Assembly: GCA_001513025.1 (NCBI GenBank)
Contig: LFRZ01000125.1
Span: 10,997 to 74,996, forward strand
Direction of reading: 5' to 3'
DNA length: 64,000 nt
Source of the DNA: Gammaproteobacteria bacterium DTU037
Lineage (GTDB): Bacteria; Pseudomonadota; Gammaproteobacteria; Pseudomonadales; Pseudomonadaceae
Below, in pieces: positions 24,567 through 35,722 of the stretch. The notes beneath the pieces are model-generated. The model worked only from the letters and a program-made list of their open reading frames with translations. It was not told the origin of the DNA and did no database searches. The number at the start of each line of letters is the position of its first letter. The stretch's first letter is position 1. The position numbers and the translations under genes are program-made.

Positions 24567-25397
24567 CTAAAAAAATAATGTCCAAACCGCCGTGCTGGCA
24601 TACCAAAGTACCGCTGAACGGACTAAAAGAAGCCAAATATTGTCTAAAATAACGGTGCCTTCTTCGCCTAAGGCATGATTTTTTGCTTCAACTGCTGCGC
24701 GACCGGTTTTACTTAGTAGGCTATTAGCCGGCTCAGTGATACAGAGTAAATCATGCATAAGTGCTCGGTTAACCGTGATGAAGTTGCCGATTAAAGCAAA
24801 ACTTAGGCTGAGTAAACGTACCGGTAGCCAGTCTAAAATATGCAATAGACGTGTGGCCAAACCTGCTGCTTGCGGCCATTGCACCTGCTCTGCCGTTAAA
24901 ACTAATAAACGATAGGTCAGTGCCGCTAATGGACCACCAAGCAGGTAATAGAAAATAATTGCAAAAAAGCCTTGATAACCTTGCCAGAGTAAATAGCCCT
25001 GCACCGCTTGTAAAAGACCATCCGGTTCTTCTGATTGAACCAGTAGATCGCGCTGAGCAGCGAGACTGGCAGCATGCGTATCTTGCCTACGCCAAGCGTC
25101 TCTAAATGGCCCTAGTGCTGCGCGCACGTCAGCACGGCTTAAGCTGTAGAGTACGATCAGAAGGTGTAGTGGAATCAATAATAAGCCGTATAGCACTGAT
25201 TTTAATGCGAGCAGTAGTAATGCCAAACCTAGAACAGGTAGGCTCAAGGCTAAGAGAAAAGCTAATGTGTGTTGCTTGGGCAGCAGCTTTGAGCTGCGTT
25301 TAAGTTGCGCATGCCACCATTGATCTTTTTGTAATGCTGTACGCCAGTGCGATAGTTTTTCAATCAAGATGGTGAGCATTAAAACTAGAAAACTCAT
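24567..25397 (-). CDS. ampE: Regulatory signalling modulator AmpE
   Basis: Membrane protein, FFAIIFYYLLGGP, LDWLPVRLL; overlaps the ampD stop by 4 nt. Confidence 0.85.
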   Translation of the reverse strand: MSFLVLMLTILIEKLSHWRTALQKDQWWHAQLKRSSKLLPKQHTLAFLLALSLPVLGLALLLLALKSVLYGLLLIPLHLLIVLYSLSRADVRAALGPFRDAWRRQDTHAASLAAQRDLLVQSEEPDGLLQAVQGYLLWQGYQGFFAIIFYYLLGGPLAALTYRLLVLTAEQVQWPQAAGLATRLLHILDWLPVRLLSLSFALIGNFITVNRALMHDLLCITEPANSLLSKTGRAAVEAKNHALGEEGTVILDNIWLLLVRSAVLWYASTAVWTLFF

Positions 25398-25969
25398 GAT
25401 ATTTCTCCATGTTGTTTTGCCTGTAAATATTGCCAGATAAAGGCTGGGCCTGGATCGGTTTTACGTTCTGGGGCGATATCACTGTGCCCGCAAATACGTT
25501 GTGCGGTGATCATCGGGTAGTGTTGAATCAATTCGTTGACCAGGAGGTTGAGGCTTTGATACTGAGCATCGCTATAGGCTTGATCATCGACACCTTCCAG
25601 CTCAATCCCCAGTGAGAAATCGTTGCAGTTATCACGGCCCTCAAACTCAGATAGGCCCGCGTGCCATGCGCGGTCTAGGCAGCTAACAAATTGAGTGATA
25701 GCACCTGTGCGGTGGATAAAAAAATGCGCGGATACTTTTAAATGCGCTATGCCTGCAAAGTAGGGGTGTGCAGCAACAGGTAACTGATTGGTAAATAGCG
25801 CCTCTACCATACCGGTAGCAAATTCACCGGGCGGTAAACTGATATTGTGGATAACTAATAAGGAGATCTCAGCGTTGGGCCGCGCGTTATGATTGCCTGA
25901 GGGCAGATGCTGTGCGCCGCTTAACCAGCCGGTGACGGGGTCTAGGATTAAAGATTGAGCTGGGTGCAT
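25394..25969 (-). CDS. ampD: 1,6-anhydro-N-acetylmuramyl-L-alanine amidase
   Basis: LLVIHNISLPPGEF, VSAHFFI, RAWHAGLS, CNDFSLGIELEG, GHSDIAPERKTDPG. Confidence 0.95.
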   Translation of the reverse strand: MHPAQSLILDPVTGWLSGAQHLPSGNHNARPNAEISLLVIHNISLPPGEFATGMVEALFTNQLPVAAHPYFAGIAHLKVSAHFFIHRTGAITQFVSCLDRAWHAGLSEFEGRDNCNDFSLGIELEGVDDQAYSDAQYQSLNLLVNELIQHYPMITAQRICGHSDIAPERKTDPGPAFIWQYLQAKQHGEIS

Positions 25970-26230
25970 AAAATATCCTGTAAAACGGTGGCCAAGGCTG
26001 TGAGCTAGACAAGAGGCATTAAACACTATGCCATTGGTGTTGTGCAGAGTTTAGACAGTAATAGCAGGATTTTGCTTTTAGACAAACCTATTGCATAGGT
26101 TATAGGAGTGGTAGATAAAATTAAGCATGTTACTTGACTGAGCTGTTTGCTTGGGTTGTTGTTTGTCGGCGTTGTGTTGTAGAAATAATTAAGGCCGCAA
26201 AAGCGGCCATAATTGAGTCAAGATTAGTGA

Positions 26231-27298
26231 TTAACCTTGGTGATATTTAGCAGATAAATCATGTACAGCATTGATAAAAGCACCAGCATTTTCTGGTTTT
26301 ACTTCTGGGGTAATACCGTGGCCAAGGTTAAAGATATGACCTGGGCCATTACCGTAGCTTTCTAAAATACGCCCAACTTCTTTCTCAATTGCTGCAGGGT
26401 TGGCGTACAGTACGGTTGGATCCATGTTGCCCTGTAACGCAACTTTATCGCCCACACGCTGGCGTGCAGTACCAATATCGCAAGTCCAGTCTAGGCCCAG
26501 TGCTTCAACACCAGTATCTGCCATGGACTCGAGCCATAGACCGCCACCCTTAGTGAATAAAATCACGGGTACGCGACGACCTTCATGTTCACGAATTAAA
26601 CCGTTAACAATTTTCTGCATATAGGCCAGTGAAAACTCTTGGTACGCCGCTGAGGATAAGCTACCGCCCCAGCTATCAAAGATCTGCACCGCTTGTGCGC
26701 CAGCTAGAATTTGCGCATTGAGGTAGCTGGTGACTGACTGCGCCAGTTTATCCAGCAGCATATGCATGGCTTGTGGGTCATCGTATAGCAGCGCCTTGCT
26801 TTTGCGGAAGTCTTTGGAAGAGCCACCTTCAACCATATAAGTGGCCAAGGTCCAGGGGCTACCGGAAAAACCAATCAAAGGTACGCGACCATTGAGTTCT
26901 TTGCGGATGGTACGCACGGCATTCATCACATAACCAAGATCTTTTTCTGGATCAGGAATGGGCAGTGCTGCAATGGCTTCTGCTGTATCAACAACTTTTC
27001 TGAAACGTGGGCCTTCACCGGTCTCAAAATATAAGCCTAAACCCATGGCGTCAGGGATGGTCAAAATATCTGAAAAAAGAATCGCAGCATCCAATGGGTA
27101 ACGTTCCAAGGGTTGCAAAGTCACTTCGCAAGCCAACTCAGCATTCATGCATAAATCCATAAATCCACCTGCACGAGCTCGGCTGGCTCTATACTCAGGC
27201 AGGTAGCGGCCTGCTTGACGCATCATCCATACAGGTGTCACATCAACCGGCTGTTTAAGCAGGGCGCGGAGAAAACGATCATTTTTCAGAGCAGTCAT
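26231..27298 (-). CDS. hemE: Uroporphyrinogen decarboxylase
   Basis: [23 protein letters not shown]. Confidence 0.97.
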   Translation of the reverse strand: MTALKNDRFLRALLKQPVDVTPVWMMRQAGRYLPEYRASRARAGGFMDLCMNAELACEVTLQPLERYPLDAAILFSDILTIPDAMGLGLYFETGEGPRFRKVVDTAEAIAALPIPDPEKDLGYVMNAVRTIRKELNGRVPLIGFSGSPWTLATYMVEGGSSKDFRKSKALLYDDPQAMHMLLDKLAQSVTSYLNAQILAGAQAVQIFDSWGGSLSSAAYQEFSLAYMQKIVNGLIREHEGRRVPVILFTKGGGLWLESMADTGVEALGLDWTCDIGTARQRVGDKVALQGNMDPTVLYANPAAIEKEVGRILESYGNGPGHIFNLGHGITPEVKPENAGAFINAVHDLSAKYHQG

Positions 27299-27383
27299 AT
27301 TAGCGTCCATTAGAAATTAATAGGCTATTGTCGCAAAATTGCGAGCAAAAGGCACGGAGCAGCAAATAAGCCGTGCAGTTGCC

Positions 27384-27397
27384 TTGATTGGTGTCAA
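27384..27397. promoter_or_regulatory. Possible ANR/FNR box between hemE and msrA
   Basis: TTGATTGGTGTCAA, one mismatch to TTGAT-N4-ATCAA. Confidence 0.4.
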
Positions 27398-27434
27398 CTG
27401 CACAGAGGTGTTGCTTAAAGTGTTAGTTTAGCGC

Positions 27435-28088
27435 ATGGCGCATTTTAAGCATATTACCGAGGATCTAAGCATGTATAAACCATTGATAGATAGCAGTCAG
27501 TTTATCGCCGCAGACGAGCACGCTGGTGCATCTGAAACTGCTGTGCATACGTTATTGCAGCACAGCATTTACCCACCCTTCCCTGAGCATTGCCAGTATG
27601 TGTTATTGGCTATGGGGTGCTTTTGGGGCGCTGAGCGGCGTTTCTGGCAGCAGCCTGGCGTTTGGACGAGCGCAGTGGGTTATGCTGGAGGACATCTAGC
27701 TAAGCCAAGTTATCCACAGGTATGCACTGGCTTAACCGGCCATACTGAAGCGGTGTTGGTGGTGTTTGATCCGGCACAGATAAGTTTTGCGGAATTATTG
27801 CAGGTGTTTTGGCAATCGCATGATCCGACTCAAGGTATGCGTCAAGGCAATGATGTGGGGAGTCAGTATCGTTCAGCGATTTATTGTATGGATCAGCAGC
27901 AGCTCGAACAAGCACAGGCCAGTTGCGCACACTACCAAGCGCGTTTAACTGCGGCAGGTGGTGCAGTGATTACCACTGAAATAGGTTTGGCCCCAGTGTT
28001 CTATTATGCTGAAGCCATGCATCAGCAGTATTTAGTGCAGAACCCTAATGGTTATTGTGGTTTACGCGGTACAGGTGTGATGTATTAA
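27435..28088 (+). CDS. msrA: Peptide methionine sulfoxide reductase A
   Basis: [32 protein letters not shown]...GYC; start uncertain (27435 or 27471). Confidence 0.95.
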   Translation: MAHFKHITEDLSMYKPLIDSSQFIAADEHAGASETAVHTLLQHSIYPPFPEHCQYVLLAMGCFWGAERRFWQQPGVWTSAVGYAGGHLAKPSYPQVCTGLTGHTEAVLVVFDPAQISFAELLQVFWQSHDPTQGMRQGNDVGSQYRSAIYCMDQQQLEQAQASCAHYQARLTAAGGAVITTEIGLAPVFYYAEAMHQQYLVQNPNGYCGLRGTGVMY

Positions 28089-28107
28089 TTTTTATTGGTT
28101 AGCAATT

Positions 28108-28223
28108 AAAAAACCCCGCGTAAGCGGGGTTTGCAGACTGTCTCCTAACATCCTTGCTAGTCGCCACCTTGGCTGTAATCATTTATCCATAATGATTACA
28201 CACGTTCCTTCGTAAATCCTTGT
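28108..28223 (-). ncRNA. rsmY: RsmY-like CsrA/RsmA-sequestering small RNA
   Basis: The minus strand reads ACAAGGA...GAAGGAAC...ATGGATA...CAAGGATG...TAGGAGACAGTCTGCAAACCCCGCTTACGCGGGGTTTTTT: five GGA motifs, several in hairpin loops, and an RsmY-type 3' end. -10 TAGAAT at 28234-28229; upstream GacA box. Confidence 0.85.
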
Positions 28224-28278
28224 GGCCTATTCTACTGATCTAGCTCGAGTTGCACAGTGGGCGAATAACCACATAGTT

Positions 28279-28296
28279 TGTAAGTAAATGCTTACA
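28279..28296. promoter_or_regulatory. GacA upstream activating sequence
   Basis: TGTAAG-TAAATG-CTTACA is a perfect TGTAAG-N6-CTTACA, 56-73 nt upstream of the predicted sRNA start. Confidence 0.85.
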
Positions 28297-28310
28297 CGCT
28301 CTGAGTAAGC

Positions 28311-30089
28311 TTAAAATTGGCCGGCATCAAGCAAGTACAAGGATTCACTACCAGCCTTGACTGAACTGGTCAGTGATTGGGTACGTGGCAGTAAGCGAGC
28401 AAAGAAGAAACGTGCTGTGCCCATTTTACTGGCATAGAAATCATCTTCTTGTTCTTTACCTTGTGCTGCACGCGCCATCAGTGCCCACATATAAGCATAA
28501 GCGGTATAACCAAACAGCTGTAAGTATTCGACCGATGCAGCACCAATCTCATTTGGATTATTCTTTGCTTCTGTCAATAACCATGCAGTTACATCATCCA
28601 AATTCTCAATCGCAGCTTGTAGCGGTGCAGTAAACTCAGCCAAACGGCTGTCTGCTGCTGCGATAAAGTCTTTTACTTCATGGGAGAAGTGTTGGTAAAA
28701 CGCGCCGCCATTGGCGACAATTTTACGACCGGCTAAGTCCAATGATTGAATACCATTGGTGCCTTCGTAAATTTGCGTAATACGGCAGTCGCGAATCAGT
28801 TGTTCTTGGCCCCACTCTCGAATATAACCATGCCCACCCAAGATCTGTTGGCCATGAATGGTCGACTCCAGCCCCATATCGGTTAGGAAGGCTTTGGCAA
28901 TGGGGGTGAGTAAGGCTACCAGTTCTTCAGCGCGCTGCCTTGCATCAGCTTCCGCACTGTATTTAGCAATATCCAGTTGCATGGCTACGTAGCTAGAAAA
29001 TGCACGGCCCCCTTCATTTAATGCCTTCATGCTCAGTAGCATACGGCGCACATCGGGATGCACAATAATTGGGTCAGCTTGTTTGTCAGGTGCAACGACG
29101 CCTGTTGGTGCACGGCTTTGGATACGGTCTTTAGCGTATTCAACGGCACTCTGATAGGAGCGCTCACCTAAGGATAAACCTTGAATACCTACGCCTAAAC
29201 GCTCGTAGTTCATCATGGTGAACATGGCCGCTAAGCCTTTATTGGGTGCGTCAATAATATAGCCTGTGGCGTTATCAAAGTTCATTACGCAAGTGGCTGA
29301 ACCTTGGATACCCATTTTGTGTTCAATGGAGCCGCATGACAGGCTGTTACGTTGGCCAAGTGAGCCATCAGTATTAACCAGTACTTTAGGTACCAGAAAC
29401 AGTGAAATACCTTTAGCACCGGCTGGCGCATCAGGTAGTTTGGCCAGTACCAGGTGGATGATATTTTCAGTTAAATCATGCTCGCCACCGGTAATAAAAA
29501 TTTTTGTCCCGCTGACCTTGTAGCTGCCGTCGGCCTGGGGTTCTGCTTTAGTGCGAATCATACCTAAATCAGTTCCAGCGTGCGGTTCGGTGAGGCACAT
29601 TGAGCCTGCCCAAGTGCCGCCATACATATTGGGCAGGTATTTTTCTTTGAGTTCGTCACTGGCGTGCGCATGAATAGATAAGCAGGCGCCTGCGGTTAAC
29701 ATGGGGTATAAGCCAAAGGATAAGTTGGCTGAGTTGATCATTTCTTCGATTTGCGCTGTGATCATTTTCGGCATGCCCATGCCGCCAAATTGTGGATCAC
29801 CACCGACGCCAACCCAACCGCCTTCGGCATAGGTCTGGTAAGCCTCAATAAAGCCTTGCGGGGTGGTTACTGCACCATCGGTCCAGGTGCAGCCTTCTTC
29901 ATCGCCACTGCGGTTGATTGGAGCGATTGAACCTGCAGCTACTTTCCCTGCTTCAGTTAAAACCGCATGGGCTGTTTCATCATCAACAGTATCTGCTAAG
30001 GCGGGTAGCTGTGCCCAAAGCTTGCTTGCTTCAAACACTTCGTTGAGGACAAAACTCATATCGCGTAAAGGTGCTTGGTAGTCGGCCAT
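28311..30089 (-). CDS. Acyl-CoA dehydrogenase (long, PA0508-like family)
   Basis: [44 protein letters not shown]. Confidence 0.92.
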   Translation of the reverse strand: MADYQAPLRDMSFVLNEVFEASKLWAQLPALADTVDDETAHAVLTEAGKVAAGSIAPINRSGDEEGCTWTDGAVTTPQGFIEAYQTYAEGGWVGVGGDPQFGGMGMPKMITAQIEEMINSANLSFGLYPMLTAGACLSIHAHASDELKEKYLPNMYGGTWAGSMCLTEPHAGTDLGMIRTKAEPQADGSYKVSGTKIFITGGEHDLTENIIHLVLAKLPDAPAGAKGISLFLVPKVLVNTDGSLGQRNSLSCGSIEHKMGIQGSATCVMNFDNATGYIIDAPNKGLAAMFTMMNYERLGVGIQGLSLGERSYQSAVEYAKDRIQSRAPTGVVAPDKQADPIIVHPDVRRMLLSMKALNEGGRAFSSYVAMQLDIAKYSAEADARQRAEELVALLTPIAKAFLTDMGLESTIHGQQILGGHGYIREWGQEQLIRDCRITQIYEGTNGIQSLDLAGRKIVANGGAFYQHFSHEVKDFIAAADSRLAEFTAPLQAAIENLDDVTAWLLTEAKNNPNEIGAASVEYLQLFGYTAYAYMWALMARAAQGKEQEDDFYASKMGTARFFFARLLPRTQSLTSSVKAGSESLYLLDAGQF

Positions 30090-30245
30090 GTGGCATTCCT
30101 CTTTATTATTAGCGCCAGTTCAGCTGTGTTGTGACACCAGCCAAGGCAATCAATAGGTAAAAAATGTTAGATTTTTAGTCTACATTAATAGACGTTTAAA
30201 ACTAATAGGCTGTTTTTATGACTAGTAGGTTCTGTTTTCCAGAGT

Positions 30246-30303
30246 AAAAAACCCGCTGATGCAGTGAGACTATTAAATAGGTCACGGCACACAGCGGGTT
30301 TTT
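30246..30303 (-). terminator. Hairpin terminator between the acyl-CoA dehydrogenase genes
   Basis: AAAAACCCGCTG...CAGCGGGTTTTT stem. Confidence 0.65.
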
Positions 30304-30328
30304 ATGCAGCGTTAAGCACTTATACGAC

Positions 30329-32134
30329 TTAGTAGCCTAGAGAGAAATCTTCTTCAGCCATGTCCATCAGGTTATCAGCGCCTGATAACATGGTTGCCAC
30401 GTAGGTACGGGTGCGTGGCAAGAGGCGTGCAAAGTAGAAACGTGCTGTTTGTAGCTTAGCGCGGTAGAAGGCTTCTTCATCGGTACCTGCGGCTAATTTC
30501 TCAGCTGCTACGCGGGCAATATCTGCCCAGAAGTAGGCTAAGCAGGCATAGCCACAGTACATCAGGTAATCAACCGAGGCTGCACCCACTTCTTCGCGGT
30601 TTTTGATCGCCGCCATCCCCACTTTCATGGTGATCTCGCCCCATTCTTTGTTCAGTGCCGCTAATGGGGTAATGAACTCTTGCAGAGTCTCGTTGCTTTC
30701 ATTGGTTTTGCAGAAGGTGTGCACGATTTTGGTAAAACCTTTTAGGCTTTCACCTTGGGTCATTAGTACTTTACGGCCTAAAAGATCAAGGGCTTGGATG
30801 CCTGTGGTGCCTTCATAAAGCATAGAAATACGGCTATCACGAACGTTTTGCTCCATGCCCCACTCAGAGATATAACCGTGGCCACCGTAAATTTGTACAC
30901 CGTGGTTGGCTGCTTCAAAGCCTACTTCAGTCATAAAGGCTTTAGCGATTGGGGTTAGGAAAGCCAACATACTGTCAGCTGCTTCACGCTCTTTTTCATC
31001 AGTGCTGCGTTGCATAATGTCAACTTGCTTGGCTGCGTAATACAGCATGGCACGGTTGCCTTCAGCCAGAGCTTTCATGGTCAGCAGCATACGGCGTACA
31101 TCAGGGTGTACGATAATTGGGTCAGCGGCTTTTTCAGGTGCTTTTGCACCGGTTAGTGAGCGCATCTGTAAACGATCACGGGCATATTCAATACCACCTT
31201 GGAAGGCAACTTCTGCGTGGGCCAAGCCTTGCAGTGCCGTACCAATACGAGCGGTATTCATAAAGGTGAACATGCAGTTCAGGCCTTTATTTTCTGGACC
31301 AACCAAGAAACCTTTGGCGTTATCAAAGTTCATCACGCAGGTTGAGTTACCGTGAATACCCATTTTGTGTTCGATGGAACCGCACTGCACACCATTGCGT
31401 TCACCTACGCCGCCTTCAGCATTGGGCAGAAACTTAGGTACGATAAATAGTGAGATACCTTTGGTGCCTTCTGGTGCGCCAGCAATGCGAGCAATGACGA
31501 TATGCACGATGTTGTCGGCTAAATCGTGCTCACCGGCAGAAATAAAGATTTTAGTTCCGCTGATGCTATAGCTACCATCGGCTTGAGGCTCTGCTTTAGT
31601 GCGCAGCATGCCTAAGTCAGTACCGCAATGCGGCTCAGTTAAGCACATGGTGCCGGTCCACTCACCTGATACCAGCTTGGTCATATAAGTGGCTTGCTGT
31701 TCTTCAGTACCGTGTGCGTGCAGGGTGTTCATTGCACCGTGTGATAGGCCTGGGTACATGCCCCATGACCAGTTGGCTTGGCCAACCATTTCACTGATGG
31801 TGATGCCCAGTGATTCAGGCAAGCCTTGACCGCCATGTTCAGCATCATGCGCTAAGCTTGGCCAGCCGCCTTCAACATACTGTTGGTAAGCTTCTTTAAA
31901 GCCTGTAGGTGTTTTAACGCCTTCAGCCGACCAAGTACAACCTTCTGTGTCGCCCACGCGATTGAGTGGAGCAATCACGTTTTCACAGAATTTTGCGCCT
32001 TCTTCAAGGATCGCGCTGACCATGTCTGGAGTGGCGTCTTCGCAGCCAGGCAGATTGGCATAGTGTTCTGGGTAACCTAGAAGCTCGTCACGAACAAAAC
32101 GGATATCACGCAAGGGGGCTTTGTATTCAGCCAT
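30329..32134 (-). CDS. Acyl-CoA dehydrogenase (PA0506-like family)
   Basis: [35 protein letters not shown]; paralog of the downstream gene. Confidence 0.92.
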   Translation of the reverse strand: MAEYKAPLRDIRFVRDELLGYPEHYANLPGCEDATPDMVSAILEEGAKFCENVIAPLNRVGDTEGCTWSAEGVKTPTGFKEAYQQYVEGGWPSLAHDAEHGGQGLPESLGITISEMVGQANWSWGMYPGLSHGAMNTLHAHGTEEQQATYMTKLVSGEWTGTMCLTEPHCGTDLGMLRTKAEPQADGSYSISGTKIFISAGEHDLADNIVHIVIARIAGAPEGTKGISLFIVPKFLPNAEGGVGERNGVQCGSIEHKMGIHGNSTCVMNFDNAKGFLVGPENKGLNCMFTFMNTARIGTALQGLAHAEVAFQGGIEYARDRLQMRSLTGAKAPEKAADPIIVHPDVRRMLLTMKALAEGNRAMLYYAAKQVDIMQRSTDEKEREAADSMLAFLTPIAKAFMTEVGFEAANHGVQIYGGHGYISEWGMEQNVRDSRISMLYEGTTGIQALDLLGRKVLMTQGESLKGFTKIVHTFCKTNESNETLQEFITPLAALNKEWGEITMKVGMAAIKNREEVGAASVDYLMYCGYACLAYFWADIARVAAEKLAAGTDEEAFYRAKLQTARFYFARLLPRTRTYVATMLSGADNLMDMAEEDFSLGY

Positions 32135-32243
32135 GGCTATAAACCTCTACAGTGGAAACTTTATTATTAAGTGTGCCTATACAGCATTGCGTAGGCCTGT
32201 TTCTAGCAGCGCAGTAAAAATGATTGCGCATACGAAATATGAA

Positions 32244-32259
32244 TCAAACAAGTGTTTGA
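32244..32259. promoter_or_regulatory. PsrA-type operator
   Basis: TCAAACAAGTGTTTGA fits CAAAC-N4-GTTTG, ~110 nt upstream of an acyl-CoA dehydrogenase gene. Confidence 0.7.
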
Positions 32260-32669
32260 AAGTTACGGCTCTATCCTATTCTTGTCAAGCACTGCTCGCT
32301 GTCTTTATTTGTTTTTTTGTATCGGCTTTGAATATAAGTCTGTGAGAGAAGGACGGGCTGAGCTTAAGAGTGGATGCTATCAGTGCTGTATTACAAGCTT
32401 GCGCACCCTATCTGGAGTCAATGCATACTTTGCTTATGCAGTACGGCGTGTGCACATGATGCTTTTTTGTTGGCTGTGGATAAGTATTGTGCAGGGCGTA
32501 TTTCTGGGTCGCTATTTATCTGACGATGAGTCCGTCAGAGGTTCAATTCCGGCGCGCATCTGTGGCTTGTCACGCTGATCTCGAACTACTGCTTGATCAT
32601 ATGTGTGGCCTGCACTAATGCAATAGTGCACATGAGTATATTGATATTTACGTACGGAAATAGAAACAT

Positions 32670-33560
32670 TTAAAGATGATCAATCAACCACTGCGCCAAT
32701 TGTTGCGCGCGTTGTTGAGGTTGGCTTTTGCGCGTCAGTAGTACTAATTTCGCTGAGGTTTGCACAAAGCCCCAAGGTGCAATTAAACGGCCACTGGCAA
32801 TATCACTGCGCACTAAATGTTCTGGGGCAATCGCGACACCCAGCCCTGCCACCGCTGCCTCTAATAAGTAATACAGATGCTCAAAGCCCTGTGCATAACG
32901 TAAATCAGTAATGGCTAACTGTTGTGCTTGCGCCCACTGGGGCCATGCTTGTGGTCGTGAGCGAGTAAAGAGTAATGGCTCATTCAGCAGTTGCGCGGCA
33001 GTTTCGGTACGCAGCGTGGTGGCATGCTGATAAAGCGGACTTAACACCGGGCCAATGCGCTCATTGTCCAGTGTGTAGGCCTGCATTGAGTCGGGACAGG
33101 CCTGGTCTAAAAATATCAAACTGGCGTCCGCATCAGGGTGTTGCAGATTGTTGTTATCGGCGGCGCTGGTGATCACTTGCAGGCGTAGATTAGGTAAGTC
33201 ATCTTGTAATTGTTCAAGACGCGGTATCAGCCAGCGTGCCAGCAAGCTGCCTGGACAAGCTAGAACAAAGGGCGCTTGCTGCGTTTGTTGACGAATATCG
33301 ACGCAAGATCTATGAATCTGTGTCAATGCCTCATTGCTGGCTTGATACAGACGCGCGCCTGCATCGGTGAGTTTAATGCCACGTCCTTGCTTGCTCAGTA
33401 ACACCACACCTAAGTGCTCTTCTAGTTGCTTTACTTGGCGGCTCACTGCCCCATGCGTCACGTGTAGCTCTTTAGCAGCCAAGGTAATGCTGTGTAAGCG
33501 GGCACTGGCTTCAAAGGCTTTTAGGGCGTTGAGTGGTGGTAAGTCAAAATGATTAGACAT
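32670..33560 (-). CDS. trpI: LysR-family activator of trpBA
   Basis: LPPLNALKAFEASARLHSITLAAKELHVTHGAVSRQ; divergent from trpB. Confidence 0.9.
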   Translation of the reverse strand: MSNHFDLPPLNALKAFEASARLHSITLAAKELHVTHGAVSRQVKQLEEHLGVVLLSKQGRGIKLTDAGARLYQASNEALTQIHRSCVDIRQQTQQAPFVLACPGSLLARWLIPRLEQLQDDLPNLRLQVITSAADNNNLQHPDADASLIFLDQACPDSMQAYTLDNERIGPVLSPLYQHATTLRTETAAQLLNEPLLFTRSRPQAWPQWAQAQQLAITDLRYAQGFEHLYYLLEAAVAGLGVAIAPEHLVRSDIASGRLIAPWGFVQTSAKLVLLTRKSQPQQRAQQLAQWLIDHL

Positions 33561-33576
33561 GTGAGTTTTCCTAACC
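33560..33576. promoter_or_regulatory. TrpI binding site I-like
   Basis: TGTGAG-TTTTC-CTAACC resembles TGTGAG-N5-CTGACA and overlaps the trpI start. Confidence 0.55.
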
Positions 33577-33667
33577 TATTGCTGCAATCATATCGCTTTT
33601 CCTTATGAAGGCTATCAGGTAGTTTAGACAGTATAGAAATATTTCTACTTAGATTAGGGAGTGGGTC

Positions 33668-34879
33668 ATGAGTTCTTTTTGTAATAGCCCTGATGAGCGT
33701 GGTTTGTTTGGTGAGTTCGGCGGCCAATATGTTGCCGAAACCTTGATGCCATTGATTCTTGAGTTAGGCCGTGAATATGAAAAGGCCAAAGATGATCCAG
33801 CCTTTAAAAAAGAGCTGGCTTATTTTCAACGCGATTATGTCGGCCGCCCTAGCCCGTTGTATTTTGCTGAGCGCTTAACTGAGTACTGTGGCGGTGCAAA
33901 AATTTATTTAAAGCGTGAAGAGCTGAACCATACGGGCGCGCATAAAATTAATAACTGCATTGGTCAGATTCTGCTAGCGCGGCGTATGGGTAAAAAACGC
34001 ATTATTGCTGAAACGGGTGCCGGTATGCACGGTGTGGCGACAGCCACTGTTGCTGCGCGTTTTGGTTTGCAGTGTGTGATTTATATGGGTACGACCGATA
34101 TTCATCGTCAACAAGCTAACGTGTTCCGGATGAAGCTATTAGGTGCGGAAGTGCGCCCTGTAGTCGCCGGTACCGGTACTTTAAAAGATGCGATGAATGA
34201 AGCATTACGTGACTGGGTGACCAATGTTAACGACACCTACTATTTGATTGGTACTGTGGCAGGCCCACATCCCTACCCAGCAATGGTGCGTGATTTCCAA
34301 GCCGTGATTGGTAAAGAAACCCGAGAGCAGCTACAAGCACAAGAAGGTCGCTTACCGGATAGCTTGGTGGCTTGTATTGGTGGCGGTTCCAATGCGTTAG
34401 GCTTATTTCATCCCTTCTTAGATGATGCCAGTGTCAAAATTATTGGTGTGGAAGCAGCTGGACATGGCATTCAAAGCGGCGAACATGCAGCCAGTTTACA
34501 AGGCGGTAGCCCAGGCGTGCTGCACGGTAACCGTACTTATTTGCTGCAAGATGATGATGGGCAAATTGTGGATGCACATTCGATTTCTGCAGGATTGGAT
34601 TACCCAGGTATTGGTCCTGAGCATTCATGGTTGCATGATATGGGTCGGGTTGAGTACACCTCGGCTAAAGATGATGAAGCCTTGGCCGCCTTCCATTTGT
34701 GCTGCAAATTGGAAGGTATTATTCCAGCGTTGGAATCAGCTCATGCTTTAGCTGAAGTGTTTAAGCGTGCGCCACAATTACCTAAAGAGCATTTAATGGT
34801 GGTGAATTTATCGGGCCGCGGCGATAAAGATATGCAAACGGTGATGCATCACTTTGAGCAACAGGAGCAGTCAGTATGA
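33668..34879 (+). CDS. trpB: Tryptophan synthase beta chain
   Basis: [29 protein letters not shown]. Confidence 0.98.
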   Translation: MSSFCNSPDERGLFGEFGGQYVAETLMPLILELGREYEKAKDDPAFKKELAYFQRDYVGRPSPLYFAERLTEYCGGAKIYLKREELNHTGAHKINNCIGQILLARRMGKKRIIAETGAGMHGVATATVAARFGLQCVIYMGTTDIHRQQANVFRMKLLGAEVRPVVAGTGTLKDAMNEALRDWVTNVNDTYYLIGTVAGPHPYPAMVRDFQAVIGKETREQLQAQEGRLPDSLVACIGGGSNALGLFHPFLDDASVKIIGVEAAGHGIQSGEHAASLQGGSPGVLHGNRTYLLQDDDGQIVDAHSISAGLDYPGIGPEHSWLHDMGRVEYTSAKDDEALAAFHLCCKLEGIIPALESAHALAEVFKRAPQLPKEHLMVVNLSGRGDKDMQTVMHHFEQQEQSV

Positions 34880-35685
34880 GTCGTATTGAGGCGTGCTTTG
34901 CCAAACTTAAGCAACAAAATCGTGCCGCTTTGGTGACCTTTGTCACCGCGGGTGATCCAGATTACGCCACCGCCATGCGTATTTTTAAAGGTTTACCTGA
35001 TGCTGGCGCAGATGTGATTGAATTGGGCATGCCCTTTACTGATCCAATGGCCGATGGCCCAGCGATTCAGTTAGCCAATATTCGCTCGTTAAAAAACGGT
35101 CAAACCTTAGCCAAAACGTTGCAGATGGTTAGCGAGTTTCGTCAAGATAATCAGCATACCCCTGTGGTGTTAATGGGCTACTTTAATCCCATCCATCACT
35201 ATGGCGTGCCCCGCTTTATTGTGGATGCTAAAGCTGCGGGTGTTGATGGCTTGATTATTGTCGACTTGCCGCCAGAGCATAACGATATGTTCTGTGATCC
35301 TGCACAAGCGGCAGGTCTGGATTTTATCCGCTTAACTACGCCAACCACTGATGATGTGCGTTTACCTAAGGTGCTGAACAATAGCTCAGGCTTTGTTTAT
35401 TACGTCTCGGTTGCTGGCGTGACAGGTGGCAGTTCAGCGACCCTGGAGCATATTGAAGAGGCCGTGGCACGTTTAGGTCGCCATACTCAATTGCCAGTGT
35501 GCATTGGTTTTGGCATTCGTACCCCAGAGCATGCGGCGAATATTGCCCGCTTAGCTGATGGTGCTGTGGTTGGCTCTGCCTTTGTTGACTTGATTGAACA
35601 CGCCAGCAGTCCAGACCAGGCTGTGGATGCTGTGTTAGCACGCTGCCGCGCGTTAGCGGATGGTGTTCACCATGCACGCGAGTAG
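34876..35685 (+). CDS. trpA: Tryptophan synthase alpha chain
   Basis: [27 protein letters not shown]. Confidence 0.98.
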   Translation: MSRIEACFAKLKQQNRAALVTFVTAGDPDYATAMRIFKGLPDAGADVIELGMPFTDPMADGPAIQLANIRSLKNGQTLAKTLQMVSEFRQDNQHTPVVLMGYFNPIHHYGVPRFIVDAKAAGVDGLIIVDLPPEHNDMFCDPAQAAGLDFIRLTTPTTDDVRLPKVLNNSSGFVYYVSVAGVTGGSSATLEHIEEAVARLGRHTQLPVCIGFGIRTPEHAANIARLADGAVVGSAFVDLIEHASSPDQAVDAVLARCRALADGVHHARE

Positions 35686-35722
35686 AGTGTGCATAGTGAA
35701 CCTTTAACCGCGTGATATAGGT

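Noticed and set aside
32519-32550. Hammerhead core (CTGACGA) and tRNA T-loop (GGTTCAATTCC)
   Set aside because: There is no GAAA after a stem II for a hammerhead; the T-stem does not pair and there is no cloverleaf.
32252-32578. 108-aa ORF
   Set aside because: No recognisable motif or RBS, and it overlaps the PsrA operator region; likely spurious.
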